Of a DNA stretch of 64,000 nt, positions 1 through 11,294 are shown one piece after another (position 1 is the first letter of the stretch; every line of letters starts with the position of its first letter). This stretch comes from Malacoraja senta. Taxonomy: Eukaryota. Where the stretch lies: contig CM075978.1 of NCBI GenBank assembly GCA_038087875.1, forward strand, positions 149,978,001 through 150,042,000, written 5' to 3'. The position numbers were made by a program, and so were the translations under genes. Below the pieces are notes generated by a model. That model did no database searches. It saw nothing but the letters and a program-made list of their open reading frames with translations, and was not told the DNA's origin.

Positions 1-240
1 AGTTTTTAGGGAGTGTCACACGGATAGTTTTGTAGAAACAAAGATTGTCAATAGTTTTTAGGGAGTAAAATTATTTTGCATTGACTCCATTTCACCAGCC
101 TGGAACATTCCTGAACTCCCAGCAAGGATAATTCACCATTTGCAGCGACTTTCCTTGCAAGACTGTGAGGAAATATGTATTAACAGTCACCAATTCCCCA
201 CTCACTGGGAAAATCACATTTATATGGAAACATCTGCCTG

Positions 241-600
241 ATTTTAGTTTTAATTTCAGATATACAGCATTGAAACTGGCCCTTCAGCCCACTGAGTCCA
301 CACTGACCATCGATCACTCGTTCACACTCGATCACGGTGCAGGCTCGAAGGGCCAAATGGCCTCCTCCTACACCTATTTTCTATGTTTATATGTTATCCA
401 TTCCCTGCACACTAGGGGGCAATTTACAGAGGCCATTTAACCTATAAACCCACAAGTTTTAGGGATGTGGGAGGAAACTAAAGCACCCAGAGGGAAACCA
501 CGTGGTCACAGTGAAGGCATGCAAACTCCACACAGACAGCGCCCAAGGTCAGGGTGTCTGGTGCTGTGTGGCAACATCTCTAACCCGCTGTGCCACACTG
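241..600 (-). mobile_element. HE1-like tRNA-derived V-SINE, with a short CR1-tail insert at ~325-395
   Basis: Reverse complement of the SINE repeated about 20 times in this window: tail 'tacagcattgaaactggcccttcagcccactgagtcc', core 'tgtgggaggaaactaaagcaccc', head 'ccgctgtgccac'. Confidence 0.8.
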
Positions 601-687
601 ATTTAACCATCTCTTGGCACTTGCTCCTAATGGCAGACCTGGAGTTTGTAGCCAAACTCCATCCAGCCATGCACATTTAATTGCCTT

Positions 688-806
688 TATAGAGTCATAA
701 ATTCATACAGTGTGGAATCAGACCGCTCGGCCCAACGTGCTCACACCGACCAATATGTCCCATCTACACTAGTCCCACCTGCGTGCTTTGACCCATATCC
801 CTCTGA
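688..806 (-). mobile_element. HER1/CR1-type LINE 3' tail fragment
   Basis: 'agagtcata...cggcccaacgtgctcacaccgacc...cccacctgcgtgctttgacccatatccctc' is the reverse complement of the CR1 tails at 43600-43720 and 49060-49190. Confidence 0.7.
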
Positions 807-1220
807 ACGGATGACAGAAATGCATTTACCTTCTCTGTGAATGTTCTTAGCCACAGGGGGAAATAAAAACGTTTCTCTTCTGCTGTATTTCCTTGGCTGA
901 ATCACAATTTTTTTTTTCCCTCTCGGATGCTGGTTCCTATTTGCATTTAATTAGTTAATTGTACTTTCAATTAATGTGTGGTCAGAATGTGGCAAGTTTC
1001 ATGGGAGCACTGAAGCTTTAATTTCAGAAAAAGTAATGCCCTGTGCATTTGTGGATTACACAGTTTTATAATACAAATGTCACCCACCCTCAGGATAAAG
1101 GGTCTCTTAATAAAAAATAAATTGATCGCAATGCCCGAACATTTTCACTGCAACAAATAATACTGCAAACACAAGAAACTGCAGATGCGGGTTTACCAAA
1201 AAAAGACACAATGTGCTAAA

Positions 1221-1455
1221 CAGCGCCAGAGACTAAGGGTGCTGTCGGCACGGAGTTTGTGCATTCTCCCTGTGGATTTCCCCCGGGTGCTCTGGTTTTG
1301 TCCACATCCCAAAGATGTGTAGGTTTGTAGGTTAATTGGCTTCTGTGAGTTGTCCCTAGTGTGTAGGATAGAACTAGTGTATCGGTGTTCGCTGGTCGGG
1401 GCTGACTCGGCAGGCCGAATTGCCTCTTTCCACGCTTTATCTCTAAACTAAACTA
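1221..1455 (+). mobile_element. HE1-like V-SINE, 5' partial, preceded by a Penelope-end fragment at 1167-1220
   Basis: Core 'gggtgctctggttttgtccacatcccaaagatgtgtaggtttgtaggttaattggc' and tail 'ctctaaactaaactaa'. Confidence 0.8.
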
Positions 1456-1804
1456 ATACGGTTGTAATAATGGTGTATTTTAGCTTTCCAAATATTGACT
1501 GGCATTGCACCAGTACTATGGACTTGAAGGGATGGAATAAGAAAATAGGATAATGCTTGTGTACAAGATTGTCACTGGTTGGCGTGGACTCGGTGGGATG
1601 AAGAGCCTGTGTCCACTCTGTATCTCTAAAGTGTAAGGTCACAGGAAGCTTAGGTGAATGCAGATGCTCGGCCGAGCGATCACCCAATCTTAATATGGTT
1701 TCTCCACTTAGGAGACCACATTGTGAACACTGAATGCAGCACACAAGAGTGGAAGAAATACTAGCAAATCATTGTTAAACCTGGTAAGATGGATGTGCTT
1801 TCTT

Positions 1805-2200
1805 GAGGTAATATTGGGAATATGGCAGCCAGTTCGTGCACAGCAAGATCCCACAAATAACAACATGAATATGACCAGATGAACTCTCTCAATGATGTCG
1901 AGTGAGAGATGGATGCTTAACAAGGTTTCAGGAAGAACTATAGTAGAAACAAGAAACTGCAGATGCTGCTTTACACAAAAGAACACCAAGAAGGGTCTCC
2001 ACCTGAAACATCACCTATGCATGTTCTCCAGAGATGCTGCCTGACCTGCTGAGTTACTCCAGCACTTTGTGTCTTTTCTGGAAGAACTCCCTTGCTCCAT
2101 AGCTTAATTTTAGATCCCCTTGAAAAGATAATGCCTCAGCGTAATATCTTACCAAATGATAGCACCTCTGATAGTGAGTTTTCCCTCCACTTCTGCACTA
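1805..2200 (-). mobile_element. Ancient Deu-domain SINE relic (SacSINE1/AmnSINE-like), interrupted by a Penelope fold-back insertion
   Basis: 'ggcagccagttcgtgcacagcaagatcccacaaataacaac...atgaccagat...gaagaactcccttgctc...agcacctctgatagtg' resembles the recalled reverse-strand Deu-SINE core. Confidence 0.6.
1940..2079. mobile_element. Penelope-like terminal-repeat fold-back insertion
   Basis: An antisense end 'gaaacaagaaactgcagatgctg' is followed by a sense end 'gagatgctgcctgacctgctgagttactccagcactttgtg'. Direct repeat GGAAGAACT at 1931-1939 and 2080-2088. Confidence 0.75.
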
Positions 2201-2375
2201 AAATTATCAAAAGACAAACTACTGGAGGAAGTCAGCAGGTCAGGCGGCATCTGTGGATGGAATGGACAGACAACGTTTTGGGTCGGGATCCTTCTTCAGA
2301 CTAAAATAGGCAGCTTGGATTGGGTGCTCCAGGACTTGGAGTATGGCTTAACACCTAAACCCGATAGGAAAATAC

Positions 2376-3050
2376 GTAGTTTAATTTAGTTTATTGTCAT
2401 GTGTACCGAGTGAAAACCTTTTGTTGCGTGCTGACGAGGCAGCAGAAAGACATGATTACATTCGAGCCATCCACAGTGTACAGATACACGATGAAGGGAA
2501 TAACGTTTAGTGCAAGGTAAAGTCCAATTAAAAATAGTCCAATTAAAATGAGGCAGATAGTAGCTTCGTACCGCTATCTAGTTGTTGTTAGGATGATTCA
2601 GTTGCTTGCGTGCTATCCAATCAAAGAAAATATTATACATGATTATAATCAAGCCATCCATAGTGCACAGATAAAGGGTCCGACATTTCTTGTAAGATAA
2701 AGTCCGATTAAAGATAGGTCAAACGTATCTAATGAGGTATATTGGAAGTCAGGGCTACACTCGAACTGTTGAGATGACTATTCAGTTGCCTGATAACAGC
2801 TGGAAGAAACTCCCTGAATCTGGAGGTATATGTTTTCATACTTTTGTACCTGATGGGAGAGGGGATAAGAGGGAGTGAGACTCATTCTTGATTATGCTGG
2901 TGGCCTTGAAGGCAACATGAAGTGTGAATTGAGTCCATGGAAGGGAGGTTGGTTTGTGTGATGGTCTGGGCTGCGTCAACAATTCTCTACAATTTCTTGC
3001 GGTCTTCGATAGAACTGTTCCTAAACCATTCTGTGATACATCCCGATAGA
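2376..3050 (-). mobile_element. Rex1/Babar-type LINE 3' fragments (two tandem pieces)
   Basis: 'tttagtttattgtcatgtgtaccgag' tail and 'gaaactccctgaatctggaggt...cctgatgggagagggg'; near-copy of 3947-4825. Confidence 0.65.
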
Positions 3051-3946
3051 ACTTCTAAAGACAAGCATCAAAATACGTCAACATTTATAAAGACAAGCAT
3101 TAGAAGACAGGTTTGCAAGGCTTGGACATGTATACATTTCACCAAAGCTGTCGGCATTAAGGGTTAGATTTAAAGTAAGATTTGCCATCGCAATTAATGA
3201 GATAAATTGCTTACATATTTAAATGATAGCGACTGGATTAATAGATTCTCCACTTTCGTCTTGAGAATTCCAGGGGGAGGGAGAAGGCGGAGTGGGCACA
3301 AATATAAAGGACTGAGTAAAGGCATTTCAAAAGATGTTAATTTTGTAGAAAGTATGATGTCTATTGATGTGCAGTCAGCTCTGAGGCAATAGTAGAAATC
3401 TGGTTCCTTCTCTGTTTTGATGTAGTCTTTAGCATCTCTATTGCTAAAGGCCATGCTTTAATCATTATGAAAGCACTACACTAAAAGAGTTTAAAGACTG
3501 ATTCGCACCATCAAAAATCCACTTTTAAAAATCAAACCATTACAAAGAATTAGCGTTAATCTTAGTTTTTTTTATTCTGACTAATGGTTTCTTTTTGAAA
3601 TATTTTTCATTCCATAATATGAATTGCACTGAGGAATTCAGTCAGGGAATGAATCAAGAGGGTTCTGTGAGAAATCTGAAATAACATTAACAGTAATTCT
3701 GCTGTTAATCCCATGCATAAATGCATATAAATTGTGCAGTTGTAAATGTTAATTTGATTCCTTCAAATCAAAGGCAAAGCCAGCAATTTAAGATGACCTA
3801 AATAAAATGAATTCCATTGTCATGGCTCAGAACTTATGGAATATTTGCCATTGTTTTACATTTGAAATCTGTGCTCTGTATATTTTCCATACAAATTTCA
3901 AATCACTAATCTTGATCAGAGCCCATATCCCTGAGATGACACCGAT

Positions 3947-4825
3947 GAGTTTAGTTTAGTTCAGTTTATTGTCACGTGTACCGAGGTACAGTGAAAAGCT
4001 TTTGTTGTGTGCTAACCAGTCAGCGGAAAGATTGTACATGGTTACAATTGAGCCATCCGCAGTGCACAGATATGTGATAATAGAAATAACGTTTTCTGCA
4101 AGATAAAGTCCAGTATAGTCTGATTAAAGGTAGTCCGATGGGTCTCCAATAATTGTATTGTATATCTTTATTGTCATTTCCTGAGTATTCACATACCCAG
4201 AGGAAACAAAAAAACGTTCCTCAACCAGTGTCCATTTCAGTGTGCAGTAAAAAATAAATAGAAGTAAAAATACATATATCATGAACAAATTAACACTCTA
4301 CTCTCTACTAAACATCAACAGGTGTTCCGATCGGCAGCGGCACGACAGTGGCTCTGCTGCCGTGTGTCCAGGTTGGTGGTTGGTGCACGATACTTTGGCA
4401 GGGGGCAAAGTCCGTTTATCAGTCTTATAACCTGCGGGAAGAAGCTGAGGAGCATCCTGCTGGTTTTGCACCTAATGCTCCTGTACCTCTTCCCAGATGG
4501 CAGGATGGAGAATATGTGATGCGATGGGTGGTAGGGGTCTTTGATGATGGAGATGGCTCTGCTGATACATCTCTTCCTGTATATGTCCAGCAGGAAAGGG
4601 AGTGGAGCACCAATAATCCTGCTGGTGGTCTTCACAATCCTGTCTAGTTGGTGCCTGAGCTACCATCTACAGTTAATGTAGATGGTAGCTCAGGACCGCT
4701 GGGAAAAAACTGTCCCTGGATCTGGAGGTGTGCGTTTTCACACTTCTGTACCTCTTGCCTGATGGGAGAGGGGAGAAGAGGGAGGTGACCAAGGGTGAGA
4801 CTCTTTCTTGATTATGCTGGTGGCA
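3947..4825 (-). mobile_element. Rex1/Babar-type LINE 3' end hosting a second Rex1-type copy
   Basis: (gttta)n tail plus TTTATTGTCA. The host breaks at ~4150 and resumes at ~4673 ('gtagatggtagctcaggaccgct...cctgatgggagagggg'). Confidence 0.7.
4151..4650 (-). mobile_element. Rex1/Babar-type LINE: RT C-terminal coding remnant plus 3' UTR
   Basis: ORF 4315-4635 reads IIKDPYHPSHHIFSILPSGKRYRSIRCKTSRMLLSFFPQVIRLIN, the typical C-terminus of fish Rex1-type ORFs. Confidence 0.85.
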
Positions 4826-5324
4826 ATGAATTCAATGTCTTAAATTAATGTCTTGCAGGGAAGGAAATGTTCAGTTTACTGGGTGTGGCCTCTTATGGGA
4901 CTCCACATTCACTAATGTGATTCCTCAGTTCAAGGCAATTAAGGATAGACAATAAATGCTGGCAATTCCAGGTGTCTACATCCCATGAACAAAGTTGTTA
5001 ATGTCGATCATGTGAGTGGGCATGAAATTATACATACGCTAAATCAGATTAGAATGGAGGACATATGAACCAGCATTCTCTAACCACAGGATATCACAGT
5101 GAACTTAACATTCAGTGAGGTTGCCTTTGAAGAGTATTCACCTATTACCATGTTAAGCATTTGTATCTACAAACAGAAATGACATAATACAACACCTGGT
5201 TTAATAATGTTAAGTGAGTGATGATTATTAGATAACTCCTTCAGCTCTTCATAGAAATAGTACTGTGAAATTTTGTATTGAACGATTCTCAATGTTCTTC
5301 TGGAAGATATTTGCAAATGGACAG

Positions 5325-5440
5325 TCACATTTCCTGCATTACAAAGTAAACACAATGCAAAAGTACTTCATTGCCTGGATAGGCGCTTCGGGATGTTGTG
5401 AGGTTTTGAAAGGCGTTACATATATGCAATTAATTCTTGC
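5325..5440 (+). mobile_element. Old SINE/L2-type 3' tail (SacSINE1-like)
   Basis: 'cattacaaagt...caaaagtacttcattg...gcgcttcgggatgttgtgaggttttgaaaggcgttacatatatgcaa' matches the recalled L2-type tail. Confidence 0.55.
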
Positions 5441-5892
5441 TTTATAAGTCCACAGACAGCCATTTCTCAAGCATGAGATTGGACATCACTGTTTGTTGTG
5501 CTGCTTTATAGCTTTGCTGTTAAAAGTCAAGTCTTGGTACAGAGCCACGTTCAATTCTGCTTTACCCTCTATGGAGATGCATCAGCTTGCTTTTTCTCAG
5601 CACTGTATCGCATATGGTAAAACATTCTTCACACACACTCACGCACACACCCTCATGAGGGGACTGCCATGAATCCAGTTTGGAGCCAGGAAATCTGGAT
5701 AACTTGGTCTTGCCCTCTGAAGAGAACAGCCAGTTGTGGAATTCATGTTGCTATCCTGGAAAAATACTCAATATTATGGCAGCATTAGTTCCTTTTTCCA
5801 TTTTTAATTTCAAAATATACTTTGAGAAATAAATATATCCAATTCATGATCCTTGCAAGACTCCATCCAACATCCAATATACATACATTCAA

Positions 5893-6353
5893 AGGTACAC
5901 AAAAATGCTGGAGAAACTCAGCGGGTGCAGCAGCATCTATGGAGCGAAGGAAATAGGTAACGTTTCGGGCCGAAACCCTTCTTCAGACTGATAGGGGGTG
6001 GGGAGAAGAAAGGAAAAAAGGAAAAAGGAGGAGGAGGAGCCCGAGGGCTGGGGGAGGGGCGGAGACAACCAGATGGCTGATGAAGGGGAGGGGACAGCCA
6101 GGGCTAGCAGAATTGGGAGAATTCAACGTTCAGGCCACCAGGATGTAGACTGCCCAAGCGGATATGAGGTGCATTTCCCTCCAATTTACGGTGTTGCTCG
6201 CTGTGGCCATGGAGGAGACCCAGGACAGAGAGGTCAGATACGGAATGGGAGGGGAGTTGAAGTGCTGAGCCACCGGGAGTTCAGGTTGGTTATTGCGGAC
6301 CGACCGGAGGTGTTCGGCGAAACGACGCCAAGCCTCCGCTTGGTCTCACCGAG
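5893..6353 (-). mobile_element. Penelope-like element: GIY-YIG endonuclease C-terminal remnant, 3' UTR and terminal repeat
   Basis: The minus strand reads GETKRRLG/RFAEHLRSVRNNQPELPVAQHFNSP across a frameshift. Perfect 12-bp TSD ACATACATTCAA at 5881-5892 and 6354-6365. Confidence 0.9.
5957..5990 (-). ncRNA. Minimal type I hammerhead ribozyme-like motif in the Penelope 3' terminal repeat
   Basis: Minus strand: cagt-CTGAAGA-a-GGGT-TTCG-GCCC-GAAA-CG-TT-ac. It lies on the same strand as, and downstream of, the GIY-YIG ORF. Confidence 0.6.
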
Positions 6354-7637
6354 ACATACATTCAATACTGTTTACACAAATGTATCCACCACCCTTGCCA
6401 CTCATGTGGCCCACTGGCGTAGAATCCCTTCCTTTATTTTGAGGGGCATCTCCACCACACCCTGCCCCCATGTCCAGCAGTGGGAGGACCCTAGACTGTG
6501 CTCCTCCCCCACCGCGCCTTGGCGTTGGCTGCACCAAGCTTCAGTACGTCCCTCAGCATGTACTCCTGCAGTCTGGAGCGGGCCAGTCGGCAACATTCCC
6601 CAACAGACATCTCGCTCCACTGGGAGGTCAACAAAGCTCGGGTAGACCAAAGAGCGTCTTTCACTGAGTTATTTCCACACAGAGAACCATCTGAATCCTT
6701 CACTGCTCATTAGACTTTCTCTCCCCGGGTCTGAACTTCCTACTGCCTTCCAAGCCATCCTTGGTCCAGGCCTGCTGTGGCCATAGGACTTTTCAGTCAC
6801 TGCATAAAATTTTACTGCAGCGTATCCAACCTGTTGTGCATTTATTTATTTTGCCTCATTGTGAATAACAGGAGCTGGTATGACATTGGGGACTGGACTA
6901 CAAGGGGAAAACGTTGCAGCTTGTTCTTTTAAATAAGAATTAAGCTTTTTTTTTTGCATTTTCAGTTGTTTATATTAACATACATATTTTATGAAGCTAT
7001 GTACAATCTGCTTACATGGTTGACGGGGGAGGAGTGTGATGCTTGTGTTAGTTCTCTTAGCATAGCCGGGCTGGCATTGGGAGAAATGCAGTTTTAACGG
7101 TTTGAAGCATTTCATTTGTTCTTGGTCTCTGGAGCTCAGTCAGGTCAGGGGATAAGTGAGTCCTCCTGCCTCCACGTAGTCTTGTCGGCAAGGATCCACC
7201 TAACTCCCTTGTCTGAGGCCAGGTTGGCAAAGATACATCAGCCGCAAGAAGAATGAATTTTCAGGAGTGGAGGGGTTGGGTGGAGGAACTAATGTTCTGT
7301 GTGCCATTTTCCAGAAATAGCTACTTAATTTCTCAGTTCAGTAGATTATAATCATACTTCTATTTATTTCTTTGTATTTTAAACAAATTCTGCTTTCATT
7401 TATAATGTTGTCTCGAAGGAGGCTGGTACTGTCTGTATACAGTATTTTGGCCTCATCCAATTTACTCCAATATTGCTGGCTGTTTCTTCAGCTTTCCTAA
7501 TTGCTTCCACAAATCTCTTTATCTCTTCTATCTTCACCTTTAAACGCGATGCGTAAAACCTACCAAAGGTTCATTGCTTCTCCCAACAGGGATGGTGTCA
7601 AATTATTTTTGAGAGCACTTAAATGAAGTGATTTAGT

Positions 7638-8305
7638 ATGTGTAGGAAGGAACTGCAGATGCTGGTTTATACCGAAGATGGACACATATTATTATTATTA
7701 TTAATGTCTGGAGTAACTCAGCGGAATCAGGCAAAAAAAAAGGAGGGAAAGGATGGGTGACGTTTTGGGTCAGAACCTTTCTTTAAACAGAAAGTTGAGG
7801 GTGGGGGGGAAGTGCAGGTAGAAAAAGGCCAGAACAAAATCAGGGCCAGCAACAGATGACGAAGGAAGGGTGGAGCACCGCGATGGCCCATTATTGGCAG
7901 GGGATAATGAGAGGGATATGGGATGTGAACAGTGGAACTGGTGGAATAAACTGTTGGGGGGCGGGTGGGGGGGAGGGTGGGGGGGAGGTGGGGGGAGGTA
8001 GGGTGAATAGGGTACAGGGGAGGGGGAGGGGGAAGAGGGAATGCATGAGTTACTTGAAATTTGAGACATCAATTTTCATAATGCTGAGTTGTAAGCTGCC
8101 CAAGCAAAATATGAGGTGCTGTTCCTCCAATTTGCGTTTGGCCTCGCTCTGACAGTGGAGGAGGTCCAGGACAAAAGGTTAGTATGGCAATGGGAAGGGA
8201 GGTTAAACTGTTTGGCAAGCAGGAGATTGTGTAGGCAAAAGGCGGACTGAGCAAAATGTCAGCGAAGCGATCGCCTTGTCTGCACTGAGTCTGATCAATA
8301 TAAGA
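7638..8305 (-). mobile_element. Penelope-like element, degenerate GIY-YIG 3' part plus terminal repeat
   Basis: The minus strand gives YIDQTQCRQGDRFAD (decayed YIGETKRRLGDRFAE) and RKLEEQHLIFCLGSLQ. Terminal 'tgtaggaaggaactgcagatgctgg'. Confidence 0.85.
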
Positions 8306-8539
8306 GCTCACACCGAGAACAATGGATACCATAGTTTTTATATGTTTTACCACATTAAAGACGCTCCATAAACGCAAATTGCTGGATTCTCTGTGGATAA
8401 ATTAGAATTGTCCTCGATTCAATGATAATTGAACGTTAACAAAAACCAAGGAACTAAACTTTGACTTCAGAAGGAGGAACTCTGGAGACCATATTTCAGT
8501 TTTCATGATGGTGGAAAGAGTCAGCAGATTCTCAAACTA

Positions 8540-8815
8540 ACCTGCACAACCCTAATCCTACCACAACCAGAGCACTTGATAGAACACTATGGACCATTTC
8601 TTGCACCACGGTGGACTTGCTTTTTAATTTCTTTTGCACGACTGTCTCGTCATTTTTCCACATTTTTTCTTTTCACCTGTCTTGTGAAATTTATGCATAA
8701 TTTATGTTTTACTGTTGATTGAGTCCATGTATCCGCGATTCTGCTGCAAGCAAGATTTTGATTGTACTGCACTTCACGTAATTGTTCATATGGCAATAAA
8801 CTTGGCTTGACTTTT
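8540..8815 (+). mobile_element. Rex1-type LINE 3' UTR fragment
   Basis: Ends 'gctgcaagcaagattttgattgtac...ggcaataaacttggcttga'. Confidence 0.5.
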
Positions 8816-8838
8816 GAATCTGGACCAGCAGCTAACTT

Positions 8839-9038
8839 NNNNNNNNNNNNNNNNNNNNNNNNNNNNNNNNNNNNNNNNNNNNNNNNNNNNNNNNNNNNNN
8901 NNNNNNNNNNNNNNNNNNNNNNNNNNNNNNNNNNNNNNNNNNNNNNNNNNNNNNNNNNNNNNNNNNNNNNNNNNNNNNNNNNNNNNNNNNNNNNNNNNNN
9001 NNNNNNNNNNNNNNNNNNNNNNNNNNNNNNNNNNNNNN
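8839..9038. other. Assembly gap (200 N)
   Basis: Run of exactly 200 n. The round size suggests a placeholder, so the true distance is unknown. Confidence 0.99.
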
Positions 9039-9059
9039 CCATGAAATGCAGATCACAGT

Positions 9060-9480
9060 GGACTAGGTTTATTACAATTTAGGATGTAATCAAAGTGATT
9101 GATGTGGTATATCTTGACTTTCAGAAAGCATTTGCTAAGGTTACTCCCTAGAATGTTATGGTCAGAGAAAAGGAGTCCAAGCCATGATGTTGTTGTAAAT
9201 TAGTTTATTGATTAGTTGGATAATAGGAAACAAGAGTACTTAACAACGATAATAGGTCAAGTTAGTCAACTGTGAACATTGAAATTACAAGGAATCCTGG
9301 TATCTTAGGCACATCCTCAACTCTTTCAATAAACATACTGGGCTTAATTTTCTTAGTTAATGGCTGTTTCTGTTCATTTAATGACGCTAACAAAGTTGTT
9401 TGTGGTGTGTAAAAGTTTGTGATTGAACATGTGTGGAAAATGTGTACTCGAAAGAGATGTCTTTGTTGAACGAGATCTAC
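9060..9480 (+). mobile_element. Old CR1 RT fragment
   Basis: 'gtgattgatgtggtatatcttgactttcagaaagcatttgctaaggtt' encodes VIDVVYLDFQKAFAKV. Confidence 0.7.
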
Positions 9481-9552
9481 TGCAATTCATCGCATGACTA
9501 CTAATAGCTATAATGTACCATTAGGAGAATAGAAATAAACAATAGTTTTGGA

Positions 9553-9782
9553 GAAACAAGGAATTGCAGATGCTCGTTAATACACAAAAGTGACGGAGAA
9601 ACTCAGCAGGTCAAGCAGCGTCTCTGGAGAACATGATGGCTCGGGTCGAGATCCTTCTTCAGACATATACAAGGTATGTTACCATGCTGAGTCTGAAGAA
9701 CAACCCAAAACGTCACCTATCCATGTTCTCCAGAGAAGCAGCTCGACCTGCTGAGTTACTCCAGCACTTTGCGTTCTGCAAA
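9553..9782. mobile_element. Penelope-like fold-back insertion
   Basis: Inverted arms around 'cttcttcagac...gtctgaagaa'. TSD AGTTTTGGA at 9544-9552 and 9783-9791. Confidence 0.8.
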
Positions 9783-9845
9783 AGTTTTGGATAATGATCA
9801 ATAGGTCAGGTTGTATCTGAGGAGAAACTGTGAAAAAGAATTAGT

Positions 9846-9940
9846 AGGTACACAAAAATGCTGGAGAAACTCAGCGGGTGCAGCAGCATCTATGGAGCGA
9901 AGGAAATAGGTAACGTTTCGGGCCGAAACCCTTCTTCAGA
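9846..9940 (-). mobile_element. Young Penelope terminal-repeat copy with hammerhead motif
   Basis: 95 bp identical to 5893-5987. Confidence 0.85.
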
Positions 9941-10187
9941 ATTAATAGTTCAGGTCAATGTCCTCGCAAATATTGTTGGCCACATTGAATAGAATAAAGT
10001 AGTGGATAAGGCTTACTTTAGTGGACCTTCATTCACAACACATCAACTGTACTTTGTAACAGAAGAAAATTAGATGTTGCAGTGGGTTGGACTACAGTCG
10101 ATCTGGTCTGCTGCCACCACCTGCAAACACACATACCCTTTGTGGCCTTGTGGAATGAGTTGCCTGAATGTTGTGGCCTTCTACCAA

Positions 10188-10498
10188 GTTTAGTTTAGTT
10201 TAGATACAGCGCGGAAACAAGGCCCTTCAGCCCACTGAGTCCGCACCGACCAGCGAGCCCCGCACACTAACACTATCCTACACACACTGGGGACAATTTT
10301 ACATTTTTATACCAAGCCAATTAACCTACAACCTTACATCTTTGGAGTGTGGAGGAAAGTTATCAGAGAAAACACATGCAGGTCACGGAGAAGGTACAAA
10401 CTCCGTACAGACAACATCCATAACCAGGATCGAACAGGTCTCTGGCGCTGTAAGCGCTGTTAGGCAGCAACTCTACTGCTGTGCCACTGTGCTGCCCA
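10188..10498 (-). mobile_element. HE1-like V-SINE, near full length
   Basis: (gttta)n tail through to the head 'ctactgctgtgccactgtgctgccc'. Confidence 0.85.
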
Positions 10499-10810
10499 AG
10501 GTTTTGAGGGTAAACCATGGTGACTAGGCTCTTGGTGGTGGAAACTGAGGCTCTGCTTCTGGAGCATCCTGATGGTCTTGCAATAGCTTATTGACAATCA
10601 ATCAAATGGTCCTTGAAAAAAATCTATTTTCTTTAAATACATTAAACCATAAGAAATCAACTAAAATATAAAGACTGAGTAATAGAAATAAATAAAATTA
10701 ATCTAACTGCAATTATCTTTGTTAAACTAAGTGATTTCCTTCAAATTAATGGGGGCCAGGGTTCCTTATGTTGCTATCCTTGACCTAAGGCTTGGAAGCT
10801 GGATACCTTG

Positions 10811-11090
10811 GATAGACACAAAATGCTAGCGTAATTCAGCGGGTCAGGCAGCATCTCTGGAGAAAAATAATAGCTGACGTTTCGAGTTGGAACCCACCTT
10901 CAGACTGAAAGTAGAGGTGGGGGGTGGGGGGGTGGAGGGTGGTGCAGGGTGGAGGGTGGAGGGTGGGGGGTGGGGGGGTGGAGGGTGGGGGGGGGGGGAA
11001 GATGGTGGATAAACGAGGTGAGAAAATGCCTGAACAAATCAGGACTGGCAACCCATAACCTCAGCCATGAAGATAGGCACACAGTGGTGG
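10811..11090 (-). mobile_element. Penelope-like 3' UTR and terminal repeat with a G-rich tract
   Basis: 'gatagacacaaaatgc...gacgtttcgagttggaacccaccttcagactg' followed by (G)n/GGAGGGT repeats. Confidence 0.7.
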
Positions 11091-11294
11091 TCTATGAAAT
11101 GACACACCACAGGTAAATACTTTTTGTCCCATTGAAAGAAACAAAAATGTACGGTCGCTAGCTTGAGGTTATGGTTATGCATCTTCAGTCACCATATCAG
11201 ATACTGTATGTCAAAATGCGATGAATTTTCGGGACTCTATTACTAATGTAATATAAAGCCTTTGTCATACCACACTATCAACTATTTATAACAA

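Larger units (their letters stand above)
5790..6700 (-). mobile_element. Tx1-like (L1 clade) LINE 3' end, interrupted by a Penelope element
   Basis: ORF 6491-6703 reads NSVKDALWSTRALLTSQWSEMSVGECCRLARSRLQEYMLRDVLKLGAANAKARWGRSTV, resembling the C-terminus of chondrichthyan Tx1-like ORF2. T-rich end near 5790-5810. Confidence 0.65.

Noticed and set aside
5998-6645. 215-aa plus-strand ORF
   Set aside because: It is the antisense of the Penelope and Tx1 fragments and crosses a TE junction.
8650-9082. ORFs spanning the N run
   Set aside because: Artefacts of the assembly gap.
10917-10998. G-quadruplex-like tract (also 7956-8035 and 52340-52435)
   Set aside because: Low-complexity parts of TE UTRs, with nothing supporting a locus-specific role.
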